Assembly: GCA_963727525.1 (NCBI GenBank)
Contig: CAVSGO010000005.1
Span: 224,001 to 288,000 of the forward strand
Length of the DNA stretch: 64,000 nt
Source: an uncultured bacterium
Lineage (GTDB): Bacteria > Krumholzibacteriota > Krumholzibacteriia > LZORAL124-64-63
Reading direction: 5' to 3'
The translations under genes and the position numbers were made by a program. Positions 9,941 to 19,673 of this stretch are shown one piece after another (the first letter of the stretch is position 1; the number at the start of each line of letters is the position of its first letter). The notes below the pieces were generated by a model. The model had not been told where the DNA came from, ran no database searches, and worked only from the letters and a program-made list of their open reading frames with translations.

Positions 9941-11143
9941 GTGCTCGACACTGGCAACACCGGATTCATGCTCCTGGCCACCAGCCTCGTCATGCTCATG
10001 ACGCCGGGTCTGGCCTTCTTCTACGGCGGGCTCGTGGGCCGCCGCAACGTGCTCTCGATCATGATCCAGAGCTTCGTGTCCATGGGCATCACCACGATCC
10101 TCTGGTACGTGGTAGGATACTCCCTGTGCTTCAGCGGCGACGGCCCGATCATCGGCAACCTCGACCTGGCCTTCCTGCGCGGCGTCGACCCGTCGACGAT
10201 GTTCGCAGCCAGCGGCATCCCGCTCATCGTGTTCATCGCTTACCAGATGATGTTCGCCATCATCACGCCGGCCCTCATCACGGGCGCCTTCAGCAACCGC
10301 GTGCGGTTCCCGGCCTACCTCGTGTTCCTCGTGCTGTGGCTGCTGCTCGTCTACTTCCCGTTCGTCCACATGGTTTGGGGTGGCGGCATCCTGCAGAAGT
10401 GGGGTGTGCTCGACTTCGCCGGCGGCATCGTGGTGCACAACATCGCCGGCATGGCAGCCCTGGCCTCGGTACTCTACGTGGGCAAGCGCAAGGTGGCCGA
10501 TTCGGGCCCGCATAGCATCCCGCTGGTGGCGCTGGGCACCGGTCTGCTGTGGTTCGGCTGGTATGGCTTCAACGCCGGCAGCGAGCTGGCCGTGGACGGC
10601 ATCACCTCGCTGGCCTTCCTCAACACCGACATCGCCGCCAGCTTCGCAGCCATCACCTGGCTGGTCATCGAGTGGAACCGTGCGCACAAGCCGCGCTTCG
10701 TGGGCCTGTTGACGGGCGCCGTCGCCGGCCTGGCCACCATCACACCCGCGGCCGCCTTCGTACCGATCTGGGCGGCCGCCGTCATCGGCATCGTGGCGGG
10801 CACCGTGTGCTACTGGGCCGTGGAGATGAAGAACAAGCTGGGCTGGGACGATGCCCTCGACGTCTGGGGCGTACACGGTGTAGGCGGCGCCCTTGGCATC
10901 ATCATGCTGGGCGTGCTGGGCACGACGGCCGTGAACCCGAACGGCGCCAATGGCCTGATCAACGGTGGCACCGCGTTCTTCGGCAAGCAGGTCGCGGCCG
11001 TCGCCATTTCTTCGGTGTATGCCTTCGTCTTCACCTATGTCATGTTGTGGCTCATCGATCGCGTCATGACGGTACGCACCAGCCAGGAGCAGGAATCGAC
11101 ACTGGACGAGTCGCTCCACGGTGAATCCGCGTACCTCACCTGA
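9941..11143 (+). CDS. amt: Ammonium transporter
   Basis: LMTPGLAFFYGG, DFAGGIVVH, LLWFGWYGFNAGS, DDALDVWGVHG (both conserved His). GTG start with GGGAGG RBS. Confidence 0.95.
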   Translation: MLDTGNTGFMLLATSLVMLMTPGLAFFYGGLVGRRNVLSIMIQSFVSMGITTILWYVVGYSLCFSGDGPIIGNLDLAFLRGVDPSTMFAASGIPLIVFIAYQMMFAIITPALITGAFSNRVRFPAYLVFLVLWLLLVYFPFVHMVWGGGILQKWGVLDFAGGIVVHNIAGMAALASVLYVGKRKVADSGPHSIPLVALGTGLLWFGWYGFNAGSELAVDGITSLAFLNTDIAASFAAITWLVIEWNRAHKPRFVGLLTGAVAGLATITPAAAFVPIWAAAVIGIVAGTVCYWAVEMKNKLGWDDALDVWGVHGVGGALGIIMLGVLGTTAVNPNGANGLINGGTAFFGKQVAAVAISSVYAFVFTYVMLWLIDRVMTVRTSQEQESTLDESLHGESAYLT

Positions 11144-11160
11144 TCACGGAGGAGACGGAC

Positions 11161-12144
11161 GTGAAGACAGCAATCATCGTGACCCTCGCCATGCTACTCA
11201 TGGCGGCGTCTGCCCCGGCCCAGGACACGGCCATGACCGGCTTCGTGGATGCCAGCTACTTCGAGAACTTGGCCAACCGCGCTGGCGAGTTCGGCCTCGA
11301 CCAGGCCGAGCTGGACGTCGACCACCAGGCCAGCGAGAAAACACTGCTGCGCGCCGATCTGGAATGGGTGAAGGTCGGCGATGACTTCGTCGCTCAGGTC
11401 GAGCAGGCATTCCTGCAATACACCTGCAGCGCCGACTGGACATTCACCTTCGGCCGCTTCAACGCCCCGATCGGCTTCGAGAAGCTCGACCCCGACGAGA
11501 TGTACCAGTACAGCCACTCGCTCGTCTTCGACTACGGACTGCCCGTGAATCTCACGGGCGCAATGATCGGCAAGACGCTCGGCGAGCGGTTCGACGTGGT
11601 GGGCTACGGCGTGAACGGCTGGGACATCAACGCCGAGTCGAACAAGATCAAGACCTGGGGCGGCCGCCTTGGCTACACCGGCGACATCTCCGGCGCCGGC
11701 GTATCGGTGATCGGCGGCAAGGAAGGCGGCGGCGGGGCGCAGGAGTTCAACCGCACCGTGTTCGACGCGGATCTCGGCTGCACCCCGGACGGATGGGTCT
11801 TCGGCGCCGACATCAACCACGGCAAGGTCACCCGCGGCGGCGCCGATGCCACCTGGTCCGGTTTCCTGGTGATGGCCCACCACGACTTCACCGACCGCAT
11901 GGGCCTCACAGTACGCGCCGACTACTTCGACGACCAGGATGGCTATGTGTTCGGCAAGGTCGGCGGCGAGGCGCAGACGCGCTCCGCACTGACGATTGCC
12001 CCCACCTTCGTCCTCGACGATGGCTTCGGCGCGCTCATCGAGCTACGCGTCGACAAGAGCGACCAGAACGCCTTCGCCGACAGCGACGGCAAACCGACAG
12101 ACATGAGCACGTCGGTGGCCTTCGAGATGACGTACGGGTTCTGA
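11161..12144 (+). CDS. Outer-membrane beta-barrel porin (BBP2-like), amt-associated
   Basis: Signal peptide, VEQAF, GRFNAPIGFE, NGWD, C-terminal F; directly downstream of amt. Confidence 0.8.
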   Translation: MKTAIIVTLAMLLMAASAPAQDTAMTGFVDASYFENLANRAGEFGLDQAELDVDHQASEKTLLRADLEWVKVGDDFVAQVEQAFLQYTCSADWTFTFGRFNAPIGFEKLDPDEMYQYSHSLVFDYGLPVNLTGAMIGKTLGERFDVVGYGVNGWDINAESNKIKTWGGRLGYTGDISGAGVSVIGGKEGGGGAQEFNRTVFDADLGCTPDGWVFGADINHGKVTRGGADATWSGFLVMAHHDFTDRMGLTVRADYFDDQDGYVFGKVGGEAQTRSALTIAPTFVLDDGFGALIELRVDKSDQNAFADSDGKPTDMSTSVAFEMTYGF

Positions 12145-12168
12145 ATCGACGCTGATCAGGGAAGAAGG

Positions 12169-12199
12169 ACCGCCGCCTTCCTCGGGGAGGGCGGCGGTT
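12169..12199 (+). terminator. Hairpin terminator between convergent genes
   Basis: ACCGCCGCC...GGCGGCGGT GC-rich stem. Confidence 0.6.
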
Positions 12200-12295
12200 C
12201 GCGTCGGCGCGTGCGCGGTCGATCCGCTTCGACGCCGATCGGCACCGGCAGTCCGCTACCGAACGCGGCAATCCGGTGGGCATCGTCCGTCGCGA

Positions 12296-12859
12296 TCACG
12301 TGACGATATCGACCGCCAAGCCCAGAACGAAGATCACCAGCAGCACCTGATGCAGCCAGGCCCGGCGGCTGATCGAAAGCAGGGCACACAGCGCCAGGTA
12401 CACCGCACTTCCGACGAGCGCCGGCACGGGAACGCCCAGCGCCCCGGTCATGCCGTATCGCTTGATCGCGTTGATCACCAGCGCCAGCAACGTCGCGACA
12501 CCGAGCAGGGCCCAGGAGTAACGATGGTGCGTGAAGTAATACTCGCGTAGATCCACCGTATCGGTCCCGATCCGGTCTGGCAACGCCACGGACACCAGCA
12601 GGTAGATCACCAGCGCCAGATGGCCGTATGCCACGAAGTAATAGATGTTCACCCAGTCGCCGCTACCCTCGAACGACGCGAGATCCCACCAGTTTCGGAG
12701 AATGGTCAGGAACAGGTACCAGGCGGCCAGCAGCGGCAGCCAGTGCCAGCGCACCTGACGCCGCGCTCGGATCAGCCGATGCAGGCTGAGAAACAGGTCC
12801 GTCAGCATCAGACCGTAGACGATGGTGAACAGCGTGATCGTGATTTCGTACTGACTTAT
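12296..12859 (-). CDS. Hypothetical multi-TM membrane protein (start codon uncertain)
   Basis: About 6 TM helices, VRWHWLP motif. The protein-like sequence begins at ATA 12859 (ISQYE); the ORF extends to 12907. Confidence 0.65.
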   Translation of the reverse strand: MSQYEITITLFTIVYGLMLTDLFLSLHRLIRARRQVRWHWLPLLAAWYLFLTILRNWWDLASFEGSGDWVNIYYFVAYGHLALVIYLLVSVALPDRIGTDTVDLREYYFTHHRYSWALLGVATLLALVINAIKRYGMTGALGVPVPALVGSAVYLALCALLSISRRAWLHQVLLVIFVLGLAVDIVT

Positions 12860-12968
12860 CGCACGCCGCCAACGTCGGCCCGGTGGTTCCCGCCGTGTTC
12901 GCCGCAAATCCTAGTATGCGGCGGCGACAGGTACCATACGCGATCCAGTGCCGGTACCGGCACCAGAG

Positions 12969-13373
12969 CTACGCATCCGTGTACGTGAGATCGGAGAAAT
13001 CGAAACCGGGAAGGCACGTGCATGACGTGAGGGCCCACCCGCCGGGCACCGGAACAGCGTCCATCCACACCTGCGGCGGCACGACGACGCCGGTGGTACG
13101 TGTCGCATCCAGTCGATGGACGACCGCGTCGCCGGTTTCGCCGATCAGCCGCAGATCGAGCCCCGGGCCATCGATCAGCGCCCAGGTTTCCGCAGCACGC
13201 AGACGATGCCTGCGTGACACCTGCCCGGGCCCGAGCAGATAGATGATCGCCGTCGCAGCCGCACGCACGCCGCGGGGAGTGGCGACAGTGCGGCGCGCAC
13301 GCCAGGTCTCGCGGAACCAGCCGCCCTCGGGGTGAGGCTCGAGCCCGAGTATACGCACGAGACGATCGATCAC
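12969..13373 (-). CDS. Cupin, DUF985 family
   Basis: LGLEPHPEGGWFRE, TAIIYLL, SCTCLPGFDFSD. GTG overlaps the SDR stop. Confidence 0.82.
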   Translation of the reverse strand: MIDRLVRILGLEPHPEGGWFRETWRARRTVATPRGVRAAATAIIYLLGPGQVSRRHRLRAAETWALIDGPGLDLRLIGETGDAVVHRLDATRTTGVVVPPQVWMDAVPVPGGWALTSCTCLPGFDFSDLTYTDA

Positions 13374-14128
13374 AGGTTCTGCCCCCCCGACACCTCGATG
13401 CGGATACCGTTGGCCCAGCCGAGGTCGTCCGACAGGATGGCCGCGACCGCGGCTCCGATATCGTCGGCTTCGCCCACGCGACCCAGCGGGATGGTCGACG
13501 CGATGTGGGCGTTGACCTGGGCGTTGTCGCGCACCATGCCGCCACCGAAATCGGTGGCGATGGCACCCGGAGCGATGACGTTCACGCGAATCCCGCGCGC
13601 GCCGAGTTCCCTGGCCATGTACCGCGTGAGCACCTCCACGCCGCCCTTCAATGATCCGTAGGCGGCGAACCCCGGCAGGCTGAACCGTGCCAGGCCCGAC
13701 GAGACGTTGAGAATGCGGCCCCCGTCGGCGATCATCGGCAGCAGCGTCTGCGTCAGGAAGAACGGTCCCTTCAGGTGGATACGCATGAGGTCGTCGAACT
13801 GCGCCTCCGTGGTCTCGGCGAAGGGTGCGTACACGCCGATGCCGGCGTTGTTGACGAGGTGGTCGAAGCGATCGCGACCGAACGTCGCGGACAGTGTCTC
13901 GCGCAGACGGTCTGCGAATGCAGAGAAGGTGTCGCTCTTGCCGACGTCCAGCGGCAGCATCGCGGTCCGCCCGCCGGCGTCCGTGATCTCCCGAACAACG
14001 GCGTCCGCCTCGTCCTCGCGCGAGCGAAACGTACCCACCACGCCGACACCCCGCCTCGCGAGATGCAGCGCCATGCTGCGGCCGAGACCGCGGCTGGCAC
14101 CGGTGATGACGGCGATCTTCTGGTTCAT
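13370..14128 (-). CDS. Short-chain dehydrogenase/reductase
   Basis: TGASRGLG, NNAG, YGSLK (YxxxK), PGAIATDFGGG. Confidence 0.93.
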   Translation of the reverse strand: MNQKIAVITGASRGLGRSMALHLARRGVGVVGTFRSREDEADAVVREITDAGGRTAMLPLDVGKSDTFSAFADRLRETLSATFGRDRFDHLVNNAGIGVYAPFAETTEAQFDDLMRIHLKGPFFLTQTLLPMIADGGRILNVSSGLARFSLPGFAAYGSLKGGVEVLTRYMARELGARGIRVNVIAPGAIATDFGGGMVRDNAQVNAHIASTIPLGRVGEADDIGAAVAAILSDDLGWANGIRIEVSGGQNL

Positions 14129-14246
14129 GATGACAACCCTCTCCGAGTGTGATGGTCGATACGGCGTGATACAGCTGGCGGCGATAGACGCCCGCGAGCA
14201 CAGGATAGCCCCATCCCCCGCATTGGCACGACCATCCGGTGTCGCG

Positions 14247-16037
14247 TCAGCGCTGGCGGATCTCGAAGTATCCTGCCTCGGCCTGCGCGATGGCTTGCAA
14301 TGTCGCCTGCAGCGAGTCGACCGCCGCCGCCGAGAGACTCGTACCCACGGGGTGTACGGCCTTCTCGAGATGCAGGAAGCGGCCGTCCTGCCAGCACCGG
14401 CGCGACCAGCGCAGTCCGGGCGCCTCCAGGACCAGCGAATCCGCGGCGACAAGGGCGAAATCCGCGGGCAACTCGAGCTGCCAGGAGACCGACAGCTCCG
14501 GCTGGCCACGCCAGTCCAGGCGGCCCTCGCACGGCGCGACGAGCCGGGCGGGCAGCAGGTCGGACAGCATGGCGCGCGGCAGGAAGATCCGGTGAGTATC
14601 GCGCGGCAGGACGGCGTCACTCGTGGGGATGAACGACATCTGCAGCGGGGCGTGGCAATCCTCCAGACCGTTCGCGGACCAGGACCCGGTCCCGGCGGAA
14701 ACCGCGGTCGGGGCGAGGAGGGGCATCACGATCCGGCGCGCTGCGGCCTCGTCGCGATCGGCCAGAAGAATGCGCCACCGGAGAGCCTGCCCGCCCGTGA
14801 GCTCACCCATCACGGAGAAGGCCAGCCTCCCGGACGCCGAGAGACTCCCTTCGAGGCGACGCCGCACGGCCCCGGGCGCCCACGCTGTCTCGGGGATCTC
14901 CGCGAGGCCCATCGCGTCCGGCTTCAGGAGCAGGACCATGGAAGCGGCGTCGCTGCGCGGTACGGCACCGGCGGGGTAGCGATCGACGGTGGCGTCGAGG
15001 AGATCCCGTTGCCATCGGCTTCCGTCCGCACGAGTACGGGATACGCTGCGACGCCGACGGAGGTAGTGGCACCGCCGCTGCACCCACGCGTAGAGGCGCT
15101 CGATCTTCGCGTGTGTATCGGCAGCGTCGCCCGTGATCGCGGCCGCCTCCGACGCCATGGCCTCGCTGGTGACGAACCTGTCTTCGATGGCCGCCAGGTA
15201 GGCCGTGCCGACGTCCGCCCACGTGAGGCCGTAGACCATCGACCCGGATGCTGCGCCGCCCAGGGAGGCGAGGTGCGGCACCACGCGCACGTGCGGGTAC
15301 ACGTCGCCGCATGACATGAGCGTGTCACCGACGTCCCCGCGAATCGACCAGGCATAGCTTCGCCAGCGGCCATCAACCGTGACGTTGAAGGTGAGCACCT
15401 CGTCCGCGCGGGCCGTATCCGCCGTCGCCCACAAGACCTCGTGGTCGTCCGGCAAGCGCAACGCGCACGCCGCGGTGAGGCAAGGGGCGTCGGTGTCGCC
15501 CAGCGCGAACGGGGGCAGTCCCTGCCAACCGTCGATGCGGTAGGTCGCCGTGACTCGCACGCGGTCGCCGACCGTGATCCCCGGCACGTAAGCCGTGGCC
15601 AGCTCACCATCCAGGATCACGACACCGTCGTCCTGCACGGTGGTCACGTTCCAATTGAGGTCCTTCTGACGCCAGCGGCGTTCCTCGTCGGGTCCCGTGA
15701 CGATCACCTCGAACCGTTCCAGGCGCTGCGAAGGCCCCTCGCGATAGGTGACGACCGACGTGGGCAGGATGGCCGTGCGCGTCCTGACGGCGGTCTCGTA
15801 ACGATAGCTGAATCGTCCCCGCATTCCCCGGCTACGGGCGTCGTACTGCAGTTCCATCCCCTGCCACGACTGGACCACGGCGTGGTCGGACTCTCCACAA
15901 CGCGCGAGGAAGTCGGCGACCTGCGGGGCCGCGGGCGGTGCGGAACAGACGAGGTCAAAGGCGTGGGCGGCGCCAATCAGGACGCTGCTCGCAACGGCCA
16001 CAACGAGCAGGCCCGGCCATTGCCCATCACGGCGCAC
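14247..16037 (-). pseudogene. DUF3857/transglutaminase-like exported protein with catalytic core deleted (frame still open)
   Basis: Signal peptide, VPGITVGD, KIERLYAWVQ..HYL, LDAT. The Cys and His segments are missing, and SVGVAAYPVLVRT lies in another frame. Confidence 0.65.
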
Positions 16038-17871
16038 GGGTGAGCACCACCGGATTGAGCTCGAACTCGTGCATCGCCTGCGCCTGCAGACCCAGCCTTT
16101 CGAGGGACTGACTGTCGCTCTCGGTGCAGGCGCGCTCCTTCAGCGACCGCGTCACGACCAGGAACCCCGCGTCGATCCGGAACGAGGCGTGGTACTCGAA
16201 TTGCTTGAAGCCCAGGGTGCGATCGGCGGGAAGCGCCGCGCCAGCCAGGATTCCGCCAGCGCAGTCGCGTTCGCCTCGTCCTGGAAATCGTCGGCCAGCG
16301 GCGTCAATCCGGATGACGTCACGTGAATCGTCGCGACGTAGGACTGATCGCCAGCTCGCGCGAGATCGCATACCTCCATCAGCAGACTCGCCGCGTCCCC
16401 CTGACCGGTCGGGACCTTGACGAGCTGGCACCACTGGGCTTTCTCCACCATGTCGAGATAGCGACGCACGGGGTTCTTGCTCAGGACGCCAGCGTGCAAC
16501 GCCGCTTGCTCCAGGAGTTCGGTATTGGCGGCGTCGGCCTCGCAATCATAGGCCATGGCCTGGGCACCAGCGAGACGCGGGCGCGGGCGCCCAGCCGGAC
16601 ACGCCTCGCAGCCGAGGTCGAACCAGAGGTCATGATCCTGCCACATCGCCTTGACGAGGGGGCTCGTGACCTGCCCCCAATTTCGGGTAGTCCGGGAAGA
16701 AGCCCCCTTCCTCGGGGTCGTGCACCCACACGACTTCCGCCGGCACCTCCAGGCTCCGCAGCCTGGCGAGCAGCACGTAGCTCTTCTCGTAGACACTGCC
16801 CGCACGCGCCTTCAGAACGTCGTCGACAGTCTGCGTTTCGTCCCGTCGGTCGTAGACCTCGCTCAGGACCAGCTGCAGCTCGTCCCGCACGTACGCGAAG
16901 AGGCGCTCGGGCACGGCGACGGAGTCGGCCGGCGCGGCCAGATCGTGCGCCAGGGCCGCAACATCCTTCTGCCCCTGCAGGTAGTGCCGTTCCACCGCAG
17001 CTATCTGCGCGGCGATCATGTTCCAGTCGCGATGCTCGATCCAGACAAAACCGGTCCGGCCCCAGGGTATGCGCTCGGCGCGCCACACGACGCTGATGCT
17101 CGGCGACTGCAGGGCCGCCCCGGGAGCGTACAGTTCATCGTACACCGGATCGATGTCGTCGACCCGGAGTCGCATATCGAGCACCTGGCCATTCTTCTCC
17201 TTCAGGGTCTCCTTCTTCAGCGCGTCCGCGCGCATGCGGCTCCCGAAGACGACGAAGACGAGGCGTCAGTCGTTGCGGACGCGGAGTTCGCAGCGAGCCA
17301 CCGGATCATCACCGGCCAGCAGCCAGTCTTCCCGGGAAAGTTGCGTGTCGTTTTTCGTCGTGATCGAGATGCCGATCAGATCACCGGGGTGCGCGGTATC
17401 GAACGCCACCACCAGCGTGCTCGCGCGGCGGTCGCGATCACCCTTCTGCAGCTTGATGCGGTTGCGGGCAAGGATGCGCATCTGTGCCACGGCCGTCGTT
17501 GCGGCCGTGGAATCGGCCGCCTGCAGGGTGAACGCGGCGACGTCTCTCACCTCGACACCCGGCGGGAAATCGCGGACGTAGCTGGTCAGTCGCTCGGCCT
17601 CCCCGCGCCGCACCCACCAGACGATGTTCTCCGTCTCCTGGAACGAGCGCGTGTCGGCGTCGAAGATGCGCTGGTGATAGGCCACGACCGCATCGCGTCC
17701 CAGACGCCGCGCCTGGCGTTCCCCGATGGGTAGGGTCTCGGCAAGGATACCGGCCAGCCGCCCCGGATCTGCGGCCAGCATGTCCTCGGCCACCGCAAGC
17801 GACGCCCACGAGAGCCCGACGAGGACGACACCAGCCCATAACAGCGCTGGCTGGGGCCTGAGTGTGAGCAT
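16027..17871 (-). pseudogene. Second DUF3857/transglutaminase-like protein, disrupted
   Basis: In-frame TGA at 17266-17268 and frameshifts near 16680 and 16230. ORF pieces 17266..17967, 16630..17235, 16152..16805 and 16027..16545 join into one colinear protein. Confidence 0.7.
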
Positions 17872-17975
17872 GGCATCCGTTTTCGTCAGGGAACGGATCG
17901 ACAACACCCCGGAAGATCGTAGCATCACGCAGCGCGCGCAGGCAACGGCCGCGCGCGCGAGCCTCACCCCATGTC

Positions 17976-19388
17976 TCAGCGATAAGCCGCCGACTGCCCG
18001 CTCGCCTGGATGGCCTCGAGCGCGGCGTGGCGGTAGAGGTCGGACAACGTGGGATAGTTATAGAGCGTCTCGGCGATGCGCCAGGCGTCGGCGTTGCCGT
18101 GCAGGAATGCCTGACCGATGTGGATCAGCTCGCTGGCGCTGAAACCGACGATGTGGGCGCCCACCAGGCGCAAGGAGGGGGTCTCGAAGAGCAGCTTGAG
18201 GATGCCGCCGGTGGCGCCGAGGATCTGGCCGCGAGGGTTGTAGTCGTAGCGGCCGCGGCCGACGACGTACGGGGTTCCGCGTTCCTGAAGGGCCGCCTCC
18301 GTGGCACCGATGTAGCTGACCTCTGGGATCGAGTAGATGGCGAACGGAAGCATCTCGGTCTGGGCGCGCGGGCCGCGCAGGCCGTAGGCGTTGCGAATGG
18401 CCTGGCGGCCCTGCTCCATCGCGGTGGAAGCGAGGGCGGGGTAGCCGATCACGTCGCCGATCGCGAACACGTGCGGCACGGCCGTGCGGTATTGCGCGTC
18501 GACTTCCAGCAATCCGCGGGTGTTGGCCTCCAGCCCGACGTTCTCGAGGCCGATGTCGGCCGTGTTGCCATCGCGGCCGACGCTGTAGAGCATCGCGTCG
18601 GCCTCCAGCACGCGACCGTTCCGCAGGCGACAGAGCACACATGGCGGCGTGCCCGGCAGACGGTCGATGGTCTCGTACGTCGTGCCCGGCACGAAGTCGA
18701 TGCCGAGCTGGATCAGCTCGGACCTGAGCACGTCGGCGATCTCGCGGTCGAGATACGGCAGGAGCTCGTCGCGAGTATCCACCAGCGTCACCGAGAGTCC
18801 CAGCGCCGCGAAGATCGACGCGTACTCCACACCGATCACGCCGGCGCCGAGCACGATCACCGAACGCGGCATGCGCGGCGTGTTGAGGATGGTGGCGCTG
18901 TCGAAGATGGTCTCGTCGTCGAAGGGCACGTCGGCCGGCCGGTTGGGGCAGGTGCCGGTGGCGATCACCATGATGTCACCACTCAACCGTTGCTCGCCGC
19001 CGTCGGGCCGCTCCACGCGCAGGGCGTGCGGGTCGACGAACCGCCCGTGCCCCTGCACCAGCTCCACGCCGTACCTGCCCAGCGCCTTGTTGATCAGCTC
19101 CAGCTCGCGCTGCACGACCATGCGCTTGCGGTGCATGAAGTCGCCGATGGTGATCTCGCCGTCGAGGCTGGCGCGGATGGCATCGAGCTTGGCCAGGGTG
19201 AGGCCGTGCACGAAGAGGGCGCTCTCGCGCAGGGTCTTGCTCGGGATCGCGCCCCAGTTCACGCCGGTGCCGCCCACGGCGTGATAGCTCTCGATCAACG
19301 CGGTGCGCTTGCCGTTGCGGGCGGCCTGGATCGCGGCGCGGTCGCCGGCCGGCCCGCCACCGACCACCACGACGTCGTAATGCTGCAT
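17976..19388 (-). CDS. sthA: Soluble pyridine nucleotide transhydrogenase
   Basis: GGGPAG, WGAIPSKTLRE, GAGVIGVEYAS, GDVIGYPALASTAMEQGR, NYPTLS. Confidence 0.9.
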   Translation of the reverse strand: MQHYDVVVVGGGPAGDRAAIQAARNGKRTALIESYHAVGGTGVNWGAIPSKTLRESALFVHGLTLAKLDAIRASLDGEITIGDFMHRKRMVVQRELELINKALGRYGVELVQGHGRFVDPHALRVERPDGGEQRLSGDIMVIATGTCPNRPADVPFDDETIFDSATILNTPRMPRSVIVLGAGVIGVEYASIFAALGLSVTLVDTRDELLPYLDREIADVLRSELIQLGIDFVPGTTYETIDRLPGTPPCVLCRLRNGRVLEADAMLYSVGRDGNTADIGLENVGLEANTRGLLEVDAQYRTAVPHVFAIGDVIGYPALASTAMEQGRQAIRNAYGLRGPRAQTEMLPFAIYSIPEVSYIGATEAALQERGTPYVVGRGRYDYNPRGQILGATGGILKLLFETPSLRLVGAHIVGFSASELIHIGQAFLHGNADAWRIAETLYNYPTLSDLYRHAALEAIQASGQSAAYR

Positions 19389-19546
19389 CGTGCCTCCTCT
19401 GGGCCCCCGGTTCTGGGCCTCCAGTGTCGCCCGATTCGCCAGGGAACGCCAGCCGTAACCCGTTGTCCTGCGCGGCGAGAGCCGTTGCCGACCGCCCGGC
19501 CCCGCGGCGCGGCTAGGAATTCCTCAAGAATCGTCTCGCTCTCGCC

Positions 19547-19562
19547 ATGTAAGCGGTTACAT
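19547..19562. promoter_or_regulatory. LacI-family/cre-like operator
   Basis: ATGTAAGCGGTTACAT near-perfect palindrome with central GCG, about 110 bp upstream of the secreted esterase gene. Confidence 0.6.
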
Positions 19563-19673
19563 CACCACCGTTGGTCTGCTAGACTCCGCTTGTTGCATCC
19601 TGGATATCATTTCCTCGAAGCAACACCCCATCGTCTCCTTGGTCCGACAACCTCAAGCGAAAGGCGCGAGCCG

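Noticed and set aside
18027-19673. N-terminal 549 aa of the 1630-aa ORF
   Set aside because: Antisense shadow of sthA; the real start with a signal peptide is ATG 19674.
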